From Candidatus Omnitrophota bacterium (GTDB lineage Bacteria; Omnitrophota; Gorgyraeia; Gygaellales; JBFMHM01): 64,000 bases of DNA. The notes under the pieces are model-generated. The model saw only the letters and a list, made by a program, of their open reading frames with translations, did no database searches and had not been told where the DNA came from. The stretch spans positions 2,076 to 66,075 of the forward strand of contig JBFMHM010000007.1 in assembly GCA_040753015.1 (NCBI GenBank), read 5' to 3'. Shown piece by piece: positions 27,360-37,447 of this stretch. A program made the translations under genes and the position numbers. Each line of letters opens with the position of its first letter. Positions within the stretch are counted from its first letter, which is position 1.

Positions 27360-29830
27360 TAAATAACAATGTTTACTAATTTATTTGGAACAAAAATAAA
27401 TTTTTTAAGTTGTGCGTCCTTTATGCACTCTTTAACTTTCAAATCAGAAAGGGCTATCTCTCTTACTTCTGTCTCGCTTGCATCAGCTGGCACATCAATA
27501 TTTGCCCGAAGTTTACCGTTAATTTGCACAGCAATATTTACTGTTGAGGTTTTTATTTTTGCTTCATCAAACTCTGGCCAAGTTTCTAAAAATATACTTT
27601 TTGAATGCCCCAGCATCTGCCACATCTCTTCGCACACGTGCGAGGCAAACGGACTAAGTAAAAGTACAAGCTTTTCTACTGCATCTTTTACAGTCTTATT
27701 TTTACGCTGAACTTCAGGAATTTGATAAATTTGATTAACCAATTCCATCGTTGCAGAAATTGCCGTATTAAATTTATAATCCTTTTCAAACGCACTGGTT
27801 ACTTCTTTAATTGTAAGATGTAATTTCCTGGTTAATTCATGAATCTGTCCAGTCTCTGACGGTTGGACAGATTCATCTCGAGCTCTATCGAGAGATCTCT
27901 GTTCATCAATTAACCGCCAAACGCGATTTAGAAATCTTACAATACCTTCCATGCCCTTGTCTGACCAATCAAGCTCCATTTCCGGAGGCGCAGCAAAAAG
28001 AATAAATACGCGTAAAACATCAGCACCATATTGTTTAATTATTCCGTCGGGGTCAACAATATTTCCACGTGACTTTGACATTACTTCACCTTCTTTTAAA
28101 ACCATACCTTGTGTTAAAAGGCGGTTAAACGGTTCAGCAAAAGAAACCATTCCTAAATCTTGAAAAAATTTTGTAAAGAATCTTGAATACAGAAGATGTA
28201 AAACCGCATGTTCAATGCCGCCAATATATTGGTCAACCGTCATCCAATATTTTGCCTCTTCTTTATCAAAAGGGTCATTTATATAATTCGGCGAACAGAA
28301 TCGCAAAAAATACCATGATGAATCAAAAAATGTTGCCATAGTGTCAGTTTCACGGGTTGCTGCTTGTTTACATTTCGGACAATCAACATTGACAAAATCC
28401 TTTGCTTGGTTTAACGGACTTCCACCTGTACCTGTAAATTTAACATTTTCCGGCAAAACAACTGGCAGGTTATCATAGGCAACAGGTACTGTGCCGCATT
28501 TTTTGCAATTAATAATTGGAATAGGCGTGCCCCAATAGCGCTGACGGGAAATCAACCAATCACGTAAGCGCCAATGTGTTGTAATTTTGCCCATACTATT
28601 ATTCTGAATCCATTCAGCAATTTTTGTTTTTGCCTCTTGGTTAGGTATGCCATCAAACTGCCCTGAATTCACCTGCACACCACCGCCCTCATACGCTTGA
28701 ATCATATTTTTTGGATTTTGGATTTGGTCATTGGGATTTCTGATAACGATCCTCATCGGCAAATTATGTTCTTTAGCAAATAAAAAGTCCCTCTGATCAT
28801 GCGTTGGTACAGCCATAATTGCACCAGTCCCGTATTCCATTAGAACATAATCAGCAATCCAAATTGGCACTGCTTCATTATTAACCGGATTAATTGCGTA
28901 TGCCCCAATAAATTTCCCTTCTTTTTTAACATCGCTTGCCTGACGAACAATTTTTGATTCTTTTTCAACTTTTGCAATAAATTCTAAAATCTCTTTTTCT
29001 TCTGGCGCATTCTTAATAAGTTTTTTTACTAAAGGATGTTCGCAAGCTAACACAACATAAGTTGCGCCAAAAATTGTGTCTGGCCGAGTTGTAAAAACAT
29101 TTATAATTTCACTACTATCCTTAACTTTAAAATAAATTTCACAGCCTTGGCTTTTGCCAATCCAATTTTCCTGCATTGTTAGAACCTGGGTTGGCCAATT
29201 TTTGAGCTCCTTTAAATCATCCAGCAACTTTTCTTTATACTCCGTGATCTTGATAAACCATTGCTCAAGCTCTTTTTGCTCGACAATCTCTTTACATCGC
29301 CAGCAGCCGCCATTTATAACCTCTTCATTAGCAAGGGTTGTTTCGCATTTTGGACACCAGTTTACTAAAGATTTCTTCTTATAAACAAGTCCTTTTTCCA
29401 TCATTTTTAAAAATATCCACTGGTTCCATTTATAATAATCTGGATCACAGGTTGAAAGCTCTCTTTGCCAGTCATAAGAAAAACCCATTTTCTTAAGCTC
29501 TTCTTTCATCCAATCAATACACTGGTTCGTCCAAATTTTCGGATCAGATTGGTTTTTTATTGCGGCATTTTCTGCTGGTTGACCAAAGGCATCAAACCCC
29601 ATAGGATGTAGCACATTAAAACCACACATTTTTTTATACCGGGCAATTACATCGCCAATAGAATAATTACGCACATGCCCCATGTGGATTTTACCGGATG
29701 GATAGGGAAACATCTCTAAAAGGTAGTATTTAGATTTATCTTTGTCAGGAACAGCCCTAAAAATACCCTCTTTTTCCCAAAATTCCTGCCACTTTTTATC
29801 TATTTCGTTAAAATTATATGCTACTGCCAT
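27359..29830 (-). CDS. leuS: Leucyl-tRNA synthetase
   Basis: Class I HIGH ('PYPSGKIHMGHVRNY') and KMSKS ('VMSKSRGN') motifs. The track ORF extends to 29896 only by reading through the upstream tRNA-Ala gene; the real start is the Met of 'MAVAYNFNEIDKKWQEFW'. Confidence 0.95.
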   Translation of the reverse strand: MAVAYNFNEIDKKWQEFWEKEGIFRAVPDKDKSKYYLLEMFPYPSGKIHMGHVRNYSIGDVIARYKKMCGFNVLHPMGFDAFGQPAENAAIKNQSDPKIWTNQCIDWMKEELKKMGFSYDWQRELSTCDPDYYKWNQWIFLKMMEKGLVYKKKSLVNWCPKCETTLANEEVINGGCWRCKEIVEQKELEQWFIKITEYKEKLLDDLKELKNWPTQVLTMQENWIGKSQGCEIYFKVKDSSEIINVFTTRPDTIFGATYVVLACEHPLVKKLIKNAPEEKEILEFIAKVEKESKIVRQASDVKKEGKFIGAYAINPVNNEAVPIWIADYVLMEYGTGAIMAVPTHDQRDFLFAKEHNLPMRIVIRNPNDQIQNPKNMIQAYEGGGVQVNSGQFDGIPNQEAKTKIAEWIQNNSMGKITTHWRLRDWLISRQRYWGTPIPIINCKKCGTVPVAYDNLPVVLPENVKFTGTGGSPLNQAKDFVNVDCPKCKQAATRETDTMATFFDSSWYFLRFCSPNYINDPFDKEEAKYWMTVDQYIGGIEHAVLHLLYSRFFTKFFQDLGMVSFAEPFNRLLTQGMVLKEGEVMSKSRGNIVDPDGIIKQYGADVLRVFILFAAPPEMELDWSDKGMEGIVRFLNRVWRLIDEQRSLDRARDESVQPSETGQIHELTRKLHLTIKEVTSAFEKDYKFNTAISATMELVNQIYQIPEVQRKNKTVKDAVEKLVLLLSPFASHVCEEMWQMLGHSKSIFLETWPEFDEAKIKTSTVNIAVQINGKLRANIDVPADASETEVREIALSDLKVKECIKDAQLKKFIFVPNKLVNIVI

Positions 29831-29850
29831 TGAATACCTTCTAAGAATAG

Positions 29851-29924
29851 TGGAGCTGAGGGGGATTGAACCCCTGACCCCTTGCATGCCATGCAAGTGC
29901 TCTCCCAGCTGAGCTACAGCCCCA
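29851..29924 (-). tRNA. tRNA-Ala (anticodon GGC), 74 nt, no encoded CCA
   Basis: Hand-folded cloverleaf: acceptor GGGGCUG/CAGCUCC with a G3:U70 Ala identity pair; D stem GCUC/GAGC; anticodon stem CUUGC/GCAAG with loop AUGGCAU; T stem AGGGG/CCCCU with loop UUCAAUC. Confidence 0.9.
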
Positions 29925-29993
29925 TTAATTAATTTTATTAGTTGATTTTTGTTATTTTAGAATATAAAATAGCTTGCGTCAATAAAATATATT

Positions 29994-30076
29994 GCCGAAG
30001 TGGTGGAATGGCATACACGTCCGCCTCAAAAGCGGATAGGCTTGCGCCTGTGAGGGTTCGACTCCCTCCTTCGGCA
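29994..30076 (+). tRNA. tRNA-Leu (anticodon CAA), 83 nt, long variable arm
   Basis: Hand-folded: acceptor GCCGAAG/CUUCGGC with discriminator A; D stem GUG/CAC; anticodon stem UCCGC/GCGGA with loop CUCAAAA; variable stem GGC-uugc-GCC; T stem GAGGG/CCCUC with loop UUCGACU. It is followed by a T7 run. Confidence 0.9.
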
Positions 30077-30081
30077 TTTTT

Positions 30082-30702
30082 TTACTTATGATTACCCTTC
30101 AAATATGGTTTTATCGCCTTTAGTACGCGCTGGCTCATTAACCTATAGCCCTCAGCGTTAGGATGGACGTAATCGGATTTTAATTTGGGTTGCGTAAAGA
30201 TACCATCTAGGATATTCGGAACTAAAATTGTATTATATTTTCTCGAAAGCCTTCGGTAGATTGATGAGTATTCCCCCATTACAAGCCCAGCTCTAGTTTC
30301 AACTAAAGCAATAATCGCTCCACTTGACTTGATTTGCTTAATCATTTCCTCTAAATTCTTATAAGTATCTTCCAGCGACATCTTCTCTAGGTAGTCATTA
30401 CCTCCAAATTCAATAATAACTAGATATGGGTTTTTCTCTAAGACATCGGTTTTTATACGCTTTAGTCCTTCAGTTGTACTCTCACCACTCATCCCTGCAT
30501 TAATTACCGGATAATTTACTTCTTTAGCTAACAAACTCGGGTAAGAAAATTTTGGCTCGACCCCTTCGCCTGCGGTTAAACTGTCTCCATAACAAATTAT
30601 ATTTTTCCCTTTTGAATTAAGATTAGATATTTTTGACTCACACGCAGTTAAATTGATAACGTAAAAACACAATAAACTTATAATTAATATTTTATTTTTC
30701 AT
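30082..30702 (-). CDS. GDSL/SGNH-family lipase/esterase lipoprotein (TesA-like)
   Basis: Lipobox 'LTACES' and GDSL block 'ICYGDSLTAGEG'. Confidence 0.75.
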   Translation of the reverse strand: MKNKILIISLLCFYVINLTACESKISNLNSKGKNIICYGDSLTAGEGVEPKFSYPSLLAKEVNYPVINAGMSGESTTEGLKRIKTDVLEKNPYLVIIEFGGNDYLEKMSLEDTYKNLEEMIKQIKSSGAIIALVETRAGLVMGEYSSIYRRLSRKYNTILVPNILDGIFTQPKLKSDYVHPNAEGYRLMSQRVLKAIKPYLKGNHK

Positions 30703-31711
30703 ATATTAATTTTAACTGGCCGCAAGCGGCTTCAATATCTTGCCCGCGCGGCCTTCTTACGGTTACATTAACCCCCCGATTTTTCAGCTGGTTAAAAAAA
30801 CTAGAAATTTCTTTCTTATCCGGAGGAATCAACCCAAACCCCGGAATCATATTATACACTATTAAATTAATTTTTGCGTCAAATCCTTTTAGGATTTTAG
30901 CTAAATTTTTTGCATCTTGCAAGGAAGAATTTATGTCTTTAATTAAAACATATTCAAAAGTAATTTGGCGGTTAGTGTTCTTGTAGTAATCTTTACATGC
31001 TGCAATTAATTTTTCTAAAGGATAGATTTTATTCACTGGCATTAATTTTTCTCTAATTTTATCGGAAGCAGCATGCAAAGAAACTGATAACTCAACTTGT
31101 AATTTTTCATTTGCTAGTTTATTAATTTGCGGTATTAAACCACAGGTTGAAATTGTAATTTTACGCGCGCCAATATTTAAGCCATTCTTATCGTTAATAA
31201 TCCTGATTGCTAAAAGTAGATTATCGTAGTTATCAAGCGGCTCACCAATCCCCATAAAAACAATATTACCAAGATCTTTTCTATAATCTTTTAAATATAA
31301 GATTTGGCTGACTATTTCACCGCTGGTTAAATTTCTTATAAACCCTGATTTTCCGCTTGCACAAAACAAACATTTATATTTACATCCAACCTGAGTGGAA
31401 ATACAGAAAGTTATTCTTTTATCAACTGGGATAATCACGGATTCAATTGAATTATTATCTTCTAACCTAAAAAGAAATTTTTCTGTCTTATCTTCTGATC
31501 TAAACTTATCTATTAATTCTATCTTGCTAAAATATAGATTAGCTCTAAGCAACTCTTTAAGAGCCTGTGAAAGATTCGTCATCAAAGCAAAATCTTCATT
31601 ACGTTTTTGATATATCCAAGAAAATATTTGCCTAGCGCGAAAAGCTGAATGCCCCTTTTCAATAAGAAATCTCTCTAAGTTTATTAATGTTAAATTTTTA
31701 ATGTCTTGCAT
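30692..31711 (-). CDS. rlmN: 23S rRNA/tRNA A-C2 methyltransferase RlmN (radical SAM)
   Basis: 'CISTQVGCKYKCLFCASG' CxxxCxxC cluster in an RlmN-typical layout. Confidence 0.85.
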   Translation of the reverse strand: MQDIKNLTLINLERFLIEKGHSAFRARQIFSWIYQKRNEDFALMTNLSQALKELLRANLYFSKIELIDKFRSEDKTEKFLFRLEDNNSIESVIIPVDKRITFCISTQVGCKYKCLFCASGKSGFIRNLTSGEIVSQILYLKDYRKDLGNIVFMGIGEPLDNYDNLLLAIRIINDKNGLNIGARKITISTCGLIPQINKLANEKLQVELSVSLHAASDKIREKLMPVNKIYPLEKLIAACKDYYKNTNRQITFEYVLIKDINSSLQDAKNLAKILKGFDAKINLIVYNMIPGFGLIPPDKKEISSFFNQLKNRGVNVTVRRPRGQDIEAACGQLKLIYEK

Positions 31712-32177
31712 TATTATTTATAAGCTCTATTCCGTGGATCAATACCGGTAAAATCAACGGCATAATTTGTTCTATCGCCTTTGGATTACCGGGTAAATTA
31801 ATAATTATACTTTTTTTTCTAATGCCTGATACTAAACAAGAAAGCATCGCATTTCGATTATACTTTAAACTTTTAAAACGTATGAATTCACTGATGCCGG
31901 GCAGCTCTTTGTCAATTATTTTCCTTGTTGCTTTGGCTGTTACATCTCTTAACCCTATACCTGTTCCACCAGTTGTAAGAACAATATTTATATTTAGCTC
32001 GTCTGTCATATGTTTGATTCGTTGAATAATTTTTTTTTCTTCATCAGCAATAACTTCATATTTTTTTATAGATAATTTTCCGCCTTCTAAAATTTTTCTA
32101 ATTTTTGGACCGCTTAAATCTTTATAGATACCAGAGGAAGCCCTGTCGCTTATCGTAATAATCCCAGCGCTAATCAT
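31698..32177 (-). CDS. mogA: Molybdopterin adenylyltransferase-type protein (MogA/MoaB family)
   Basis: 'LTTGGTGIGLRDVT' GGTG motif, about 160 aa. Confidence 0.7.
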   Translation of the reverse strand: MISAGIITISDRASSGIYKDLSGPKIRKILEGGKLSIKKYEVIADEEKKIIQRIKHMTDELNINIVLTTGGTGIGLRDVTAKATRKIIDKELPGISEFIRFKSLKYNRNAMLSCLVSGIRKKSIIINLPGNPKAIEQIMPLILPVLIHGIELINNNARH

Positions 32178-32596
32178 ATTATAACCCTATCGCCTATTCT
32201 TATAAGGCCGCCTTTTAAAACTTTTGTAAAAACGCCTTTTTTTGGCATAATACACTCGCCTAATTTTTTCTTAACCTCACACTGGTTATGACAAGTTTTT
32301 CCAATTTGAGTAACTTCTAAAAGACTACCAGAAATTTTTATTTTATCGCCGATATTTAATTTTGATAAATCAATATTTTTTGTAGTAATATTTTCAGCAA
32401 AGTCTCCGGATTTTAATTTATAAGATTCTATTATCTCTATAGGCAACAAACTAACCTCTCGGTGCATAAAGCCTGCGTGGGCATCACCAACTATCCCAAA
32501 ATCTTCCTTTAATTCCGCACATTTTATCGGGGTTTTGGACGTGCCTTTTTCTTTACTTATATTGATTGAGAATACTGTTGCCTGATTTTTATTCAT
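32174..32596 (-). CDS. MOSC-domain protein
   Basis: About 140 aa beta-barrel-like protein with a conserved Cys near the C-terminus, sitting in the Moco operon. Confidence 0.55.
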   Translation of the reverse strand: MNKNQATVFSINISKEKGTSKTPIKCAELKEDFGIVGDAHAGFMHREVSLLPIEIIESYKLKSGDFAENITTKNIDLSKLNIGDKIKISGSLLEVTQIGKTCHNQCEVKKKLGECIMPKKGVFTKVLKGGLIRIGDRVII

Positions 32597-33114
32597 TTAA
32601 GTATTGCACCTAATATACCAGTGGCAATTATAATAAATACAGGATCTATTTTTGTAAAAAGGAAAAGTAAAAACGCAGCCAGCACAATTAAAACATTAAT
32701 GGGGTTTAATAAACCTTTTATATTTATTACCTGGAACGCCGCAGCAATGATCATCGCAAACACAACCCATTGTATCATTGAAAATGCATTTTTAACTCTT
32801 TCTATATTTCTAAACTTCATATAAAAAGCTGAGGCGAAAACAATTAGGATAACCGGAGAAAGCATATTTGCAATATTGCTAATTACTGCCCCCCAAAACC
32901 CTCCAACTTTATTCCCCACATAAGTAGCGTATTTTATGGAAATTGCTCCGGGAAATATTTTAACAATCCCAGCAACATCCAAAAATTCTTGTTTAGTAAG
33001 CCAGTTATATTTAATAACTACCTCTTTTTCAATTAATGGTAAAAATGAATATGCCCCGCCAATTGCAAATAAACCAATTTTTAAAAAACTAAAGAATAGT
33101 TGTAAGTAAATCAT
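32593..33114 (-). CDS. ChrA-family (chromate-transporter-like) half-size membrane protein
   Basis: 173 aa with about five TM segments and a 'GGAYSFLPLIEKEVV' ChrA-like block. Confidence 0.55.
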   Translation of the reverse strand: MIYLQLFFSFLKIGLFAIGGAYSFLPLIEKEVVIKYNWLTKQEFLDVAGIVKIFPGAISIKYATYVGNKVGGFWGAVISNIANMLSPVILIVFASAFYMKFRNIERVKNAFSMIQWVVFAMIIAAAFQVINIKGLLNPINVLIVLAAFLLFLFTKIDPVFIIIATGILGAILK

Positions 33115-33541
33115 TATTTTTTAAACTAAAATCGCGCTTGCCGCCGCTTTTCTTAATTAATCTAATATCAGAAATTACCATCTTATTATCAATACTTTTT
33201 GCCATATCATATATAGTTAAAGCACAAATTGAAACCCCAGTCAATGCTTCCATTTCAAAACCAGTTTTATCACTGCCACGAACACAACAATATATCTGTA
33301 TTGAATCATTATTAAATTTATAATTTATACCGATAAAATTAGTTTTTACCGGATGGCACATTGGAATTAAATTCTGGGTTTTTTTAACCGCTAAAATTGC
33401 AGCGGTTTTCGCTGTAATAAGCGCATCCCCCTTGACTAAACGGCCTGTTTTAACTTTGGCTATCGTATTTTTTCCGGCATAAATAGCTGCACTAGCAATA
33501 GCTAATCTTTTCGTTTCTTTTTTATTGGTAATATCTATCAT
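33089..33541 (-). CDS. moaC: Cyclic pyranopterin monophosphate synthase accessory protein MoaC
   Basis: 'GFEMEALTGVSICALTIYDMAKS' MoaC signature. Confidence 0.85.
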   Translation of the reverse strand: MIDITNKKETKRLAIASAAIYAGKNTIAKVKTGRLVKGDALITAKTAAILAVKKTQNLIPMCHPVKTNFIGINYKFNNDSIQIYCCVRGSDKTGFEMEALTGVSICALTIYDMAKSIDNKMVISDIRLIKKSGGKRDFSLKNNDLLTTIL

Positions 33542-34498
33542 TTATCCTCCTACACAAGACATTTCCAGCCTACGGTCATAAACAGGCGGCTTTCTAACTT
33601 GAGATTTATTGGAAACAAAATCTTTAATTAAATATCCTAAATTTTCATCATTAATGCCCGAGCGAATTAAATTTTTCAAATCTAGATAATCCTTGGAATA
33701 AAGACATAATAAAAGCCGGCCATCGCAAGTCAAGCGAAGCCGGTTACATTGACTGCAAAAATCCTGGCTATAACCGCTAATAAAGCCAATATTGCCTGAG
33801 CTGCCTTTTATTTTATAATATCTCGCTGGGCCGTTAACTGGAATACTTTCATCAAAATAAATCATCCCGAATTTTTCTTTTAACCTTATCAATATTTCTT
33901 CACTTAAAATACCTAAATCATGAAAATCCGGCATATTATAATTCGTGGGAGAATATTCTATAAAACGTACATATATAGGCAAGTTAGAAGTTAATTTTAC
34001 TAAATCGAAAATGTCTTCTTCATTAATTTGTTTTAAAATAACCGAATTTATCTTAACAGGATTAAATCCTGACTTAAATGCATAATCTATGCCCAATAAA
34101 ACTTCATCTAATACATCTTGTCCAGATATCTTAAAAAACTTTTCTTTATCAAGCGAATTTAAACTTATATTTATACGCCTAATTCCTGCTTCTTTTAAAT
34201 ATGATGCATAATCTTTGAGCAAAATACCATTTGTCGTCAAAGATAGATCCTTAATTCCACTGGTCTTAGAAATATTTTTAACTAGGCCTATTAAATTATC
34301 TCTTAATAAAGGCTCTCCACCAGTAATACGAATACTATCAACACCTAAATTAACAAAAACTTTAATTAATCGAATAATTTCCTGATTACTTAATATACTA
34401 ATATCTCTGTAATTATTATCCTGTTTGGGCCGGCAATAAATACAATTTAAGTTACATTGATTAGTTACTGAAACCCTTAAATAATTAGGAAAACTCAT
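33542..34498 (-). CDS. moaA: GTP 3',8-cyclase MoaA (radical SAM)
   Basis: 'VTNQCNLNCIYCRP' cluster and a C-terminal second Cys cluster 'CSQCNRLRLTCDGRLLLCL'. Confidence 0.9.
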   Translation of the reverse strand: MSFPNYLRVSVTNQCNLNCIYCRPKQDNNYRDISILSNQEIIRLIKVFVNLGVDSIRITGGEPLLRDNLIGLVKNISKTSGIKDLSLTTNGILLKDYASYLKEAGIRRINISLNSLDKEKFFKISGQDVLDEVLLGIDYAFKSGFNPVKINSVILKQINEEDIFDLVKLTSNLPIYVRFIEYSPTNYNMPDFHDLGILSEEILIRLKEKFGMIYFDESIPVNGPARYYKIKGSSGNIGFISGYSQDFCSQCNRLRLTCDGRLLLCLYSKDYLDLKNLIRSGINDENLGYLIKDFVSNKSQVRKPPVYDRRLEMSCVGG

Positions 34499-35682
34499 AG
34501 AAAAATAAACTCTGCTATTGAGCCTTTCTTTAAAATATAACTACCAGGCCTAGATATAAAAAATCCGTTAGATTCGCAAATTGCCTTCATATCACCTGAA
34601 GTATTAAACTTAGTTGGTGACAACCTAAATCCTTGATTGATATAATTTATTTTACAAGGATTAAAAACCAACCTGTCCTCATCAACTTTGAACTCAAAAT
34701 TAATACTGCCTTTAAATATTTGAGGCTCAGCATATTGCCCCTGCATTTTGAAAATCACCGGTTTTATAAATAAACAAAACCCTATTAAGCTTGAGACACT
34801 ATTCCCTGGAAGGCCAAACACAAACGTATCTTTTTTTTTGCCAAACCAAATTGGCTTACCCGGCTTGATACTTACTTTATGAAAAATTTTTTTAACATTT
34901 AATTCGTTTAGAATTTGCGGCACATAATCATATTCGCCCATAGATACCCCGCCAGTAATTATAAGAATATCCGTATCTAAACTTTGCCTTAATTTATTTT
35001 TTAATATTTTTTTATTATCTTTTATAATTCCTAAATATTTAGGCTTAATATCTAAATCATTCAACAGCATTTTCAGCATGAGGCTAGTTGAATTTCTTAA
35101 AAATCCCGATTTTAATCTAACATTTGGCTCGGTAATTTCATTTCCAGTTGCAATAATCGCTACTTTTGGCTTTTTAAAAACCCTTAGATGTTTTACCCCT
35201 GCGGCGGCAAGTATACTTAATTCTTGAGCCCTAATCATCTGATTTCTATTTAGTAATAAAGATCCTTTTTTACAATCTTGGCCTTTATAGGCAATATTTT
35301 TACTAGAAGAATATTTAAAAATTCTGACTATATTTTTTTTAACTACTAAAGCTTCTTCTATCTTTACTACTCTGTCTGTGCCTCTTGGTAAAATACAACC
35401 AGTCATCACTCTGATTGCTTGATTTTTTTTGATTAGTTTACTGCTTATATTAGGGGCATTTATCGTATCAATAACTTCAAACTCTCTTGGCAAATTAATC
35501 AAATCTCTAGATCTTAAAGCATAACCGTCCATTGTAACCCGATTAAACGGAGGCATATCGATAGGACTATATACACTACAAGATGCAGCCTGTCTAAATG
35601 TATTTTCTAATTTTAGTATCTGGCTCTTAGAGCTCCTTGTATACTTTAGGACTAAATTCAAGGCTTTTTTGTATTCAATCAT
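34495..35682 (-). CDS. moeA: Molybdopterin molybdenumtransferase MoeA
   Basis: MoeA N-terminal fold and a MoCF-biosynthesis domain 'ILIITGGVSMGEYDY'. Confidence 0.8.
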   Translation of the reverse strand: MIEYKKALNLVLKYTRSSKSQILKLENTFRQAASCSVYSPIDMPPFNRVTMDGYALRSRDLINLPREFEVIDTINAPNISSKLIKKNQAIRVMTGCILPRGTDRVVKIEEALVVKKNIVRIFKYSSSKNIAYKGQDCKKGSLLLNRNQMIRAQELSILAAAGVKHLRVFKKPKVAIIATGNEITEPNVRLKSGFLRNSTSLMLKMLLNDLDIKPKYLGIIKDNKKILKNKLRQSLDTDILIITGGVSMGEYDYVPQILNELNVKKIFHKVSIKPGKPIWFGKKKDTFVFGLPGNSVSSLIGFCLFIKPVIFKMQGQYAEPQIFKGSINFEFKVDEDRLVFNPCKINYINQGFRLSPTKFNTSGDMKAICESNGFFISRPGSYILKKGSIAEFIFL

Positions 35683-35684
35683 AA

Positions 35685-36092
35685 TTATGCAACAGGCACT
35701 TCTGTATAATCTTGTTCGCCAACATGAATAAGAAGAATTTTCTCTGGCTTTAACTCAACCAATGTATAATTAGGATCGTCGGCTGTTGGAAAATAACTTC
35801 TAAGCATTGGAACTGCATTTGAAAGCCATTCTTTTTTCTTTATATCTGTGCTAATAGATGCCTTTCCGCGAATGCGCAACTGTGATAATTTTCTATCTAC
35901 AAAACAAATTTCGAAATTATTATTTTTCTCAAACTGCAATAATTTTGGCGAACCTTTTTGAGTAGCTGCAAGTATTGTTCCATCATTAAATAAAGCCGGC
36001 ATAAGCGGCCGAACACGTGGCTCATTTGCTTCTATTGTTGCAAGATATCCTAGGCCTGCATCTTTTATTATCTCTTTTATCTCATCAATCAT
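35685..36092 (-). CDS. Pyridoxamine 5'-phosphate oxidase-like FMN-binding split-barrel protein
   Basis: About 135 aa with a PNPOx-like pattern. Confidence 0.55.
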   Translation of the reverse strand: MIDEIKEIIKDAGLGYLATIEANEPRVRPLMPALFNDGTILAATQKGSPKLLQFEKNNNFEICFVDRKLSQLRIRGKASISTDIKKKEWLSNAVPMLRSYFPTADDPNYTLVELKPEKILLIHVGEQDYTEVPVA

Positions 36093-36853
36093 TTTTTCCT
36101 CCTATTTTTTATAGAAACTATTTCTGCTAATATACTAAGAGCGATTTCTTCTGGAGAATCCCCGCCAAGGTTTAGACCAATTGGAGCATAAATTTTTTTG
36201 ATTAAATTTTGGCTTATCCCAGTAACCCTCAATTTATTAAATATACTTTTTATTTTATTTTTACTACCAATCATTCCAATATAAACAACACTGCTTTTAA
36301 TAATATTCTTTAAAATAATATAATCATGCTCGTGGCCATGAGTTACAATAACGATATAACTATTTTTGTTTATATTTAATTCTTTTATTGCTTCCATGGG
36401 GCTTTTACAAATAATTTTTTTTGCATTTGGGAAAATATCTTTTTTTGCAAATTCTTTTCTCTGATCAATAATTATAATTTCAAAATCCAATACGCTAGCG
36501 AGTTTATATAATGCCTTGCCAATATGGCCTGCGCCAAAAATAATTATCTTTTCTTTCGGCTTAAACACCTCAATAAATACTGACATCTTTCCTCCGCATA
36601 AAAGCCCGCGTTCTTTATTTAAAGAATATTCTTTTAAACAAGATTGGCTGTGGCGAATAAGATACTGCGAATCCTTCTGAATATCATATTCAATCTTACC
36701 GCCGCCAATCGTACCTTCGATTGATCCATTAGAAAAAACGATCATTCTTGCGCCAATTTGACGAGGAGTTGAACCCTTAACATCAACTATCGTAACTAAA
36801 GCAAATTTCTTGCTGCTGGACAAATATTCTTCAATCTTGCTTAACAAATTCAT
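36089..36853 (-). CDS. xdhC: XdhC/CoxI-family molybdoenzyme maturation factor
   Basis: XdhC_CoxI N-domain plus a Rossmann-like 'IIIFGAGHIGKAL'. Confidence 0.7.
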   Translation of the reverse strand: MNLLSKIEEYLSSSKKFALVTIVDVKGSTPRQIGARMIVFSNGSIEGTIGGGKIEYDIQKDSQYLIRHSQSCLKEYSLNKERGLLCGGKMSVFIEVFKPKEKIIIFGAGHIGKALYKLASVLDFEIIIIDQRKEFAKKDIFPNAKKIICKSPMEAIKELNINKNSYIVIVTHGHEHDYIILKNIIKSSVVYIGMIGSKNKIKSIFNKLRVTGISQNLIKKIYAPIGLNLGGDSPEEIALSILAEIVSIKNRRKK

Positions 36854-36865
36854 CTTAGTTATAAT

Positions 36866-37447
36866 GTGTTTATGACTTCATCTATCATATTAGCTGCTGG
36901 TGCATCCAGCCGTTTTGGATCGCCAAAACAACTTGCTAAATTAAAAAATGGCCAAACTCTGATTATGCATATAATTTCTACCCTGCAAAGAACAAAAGTT
37001 GATGAAATTATCGTAGTCCTTGGCGCCTTTAAAGATCAAATTCAAAAAATCTTACCGAAAAATATAAAAATTTGTATAAATGAAAATTATCTAAAAGGCC
37101 AAACTTCATCTCTAAAGACCGGGCTAGAAAACATATCGATAAATACAGATTATTTTTTAGTTCAACCTGTAGATATACCAACGGTATCGGAAAAAACAAT
37201 TAACCAAATAATTGATAAATTTAAAATCTCAAATGCGCTAATTGGTATACCAGTTTATCAAAATAAACACGGACATCCGCCAATATATAATATAAAATTA
37301 AAAAATGAAATTTTAAGTCTTAGTGATAACCAACCGCTTTATTCAATAAATCATCGATTTTCAAATCAAACAATAAATATCGAAGTTAACGATCCGGCAA
37401 TTCTTGCCAATATCACTACCCCAAAAGACCTAGAAAAAATTAATTAA
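36866..37447 (+). CDS. Molybdenum cofactor nucleotidyltransferase (MobA/MocA family)
   Basis: 'IILAAGASSRFGSPKQL' NTP-transferase glycine-rich loop. Confidence 0.7.
   Translation: MFMTSSIILAAGASSRFGSPKQLAKLKNGQTLIMHIISTLQRTKVDEIIVVLGAFKDQIQKILPKNIKICINENYLKGQTSSLKTGLENISINTDYFLVQPVDIPTVSEKTINQIIDKFKISNALIGIPVYQNKHGHPPIYNIKLKNEILSLSDNQPLYSINHRFSNQTINIEVNDPAILANITTPKDLEKIN

Noticed and set aside
29831-29896. 22-codon N-terminal extension of the leuS ORF (MHGMQGVRGSIPLSSTILRRYS)
   Set aside because: It is the translation of the tRNA-Ala(GGC) gene in the same orientation. The real LeuS start is the Met of MAVAYNF...
29925-29993. Divergent promoter between tRNA-Ala and tRNA-Leu (TTGCGT ... TATATT)
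   Set aside because: The spacing between the candidate -35 and -10 is only about 8 nt. I cannot support a specific promoter call in such AT-rich DNA.
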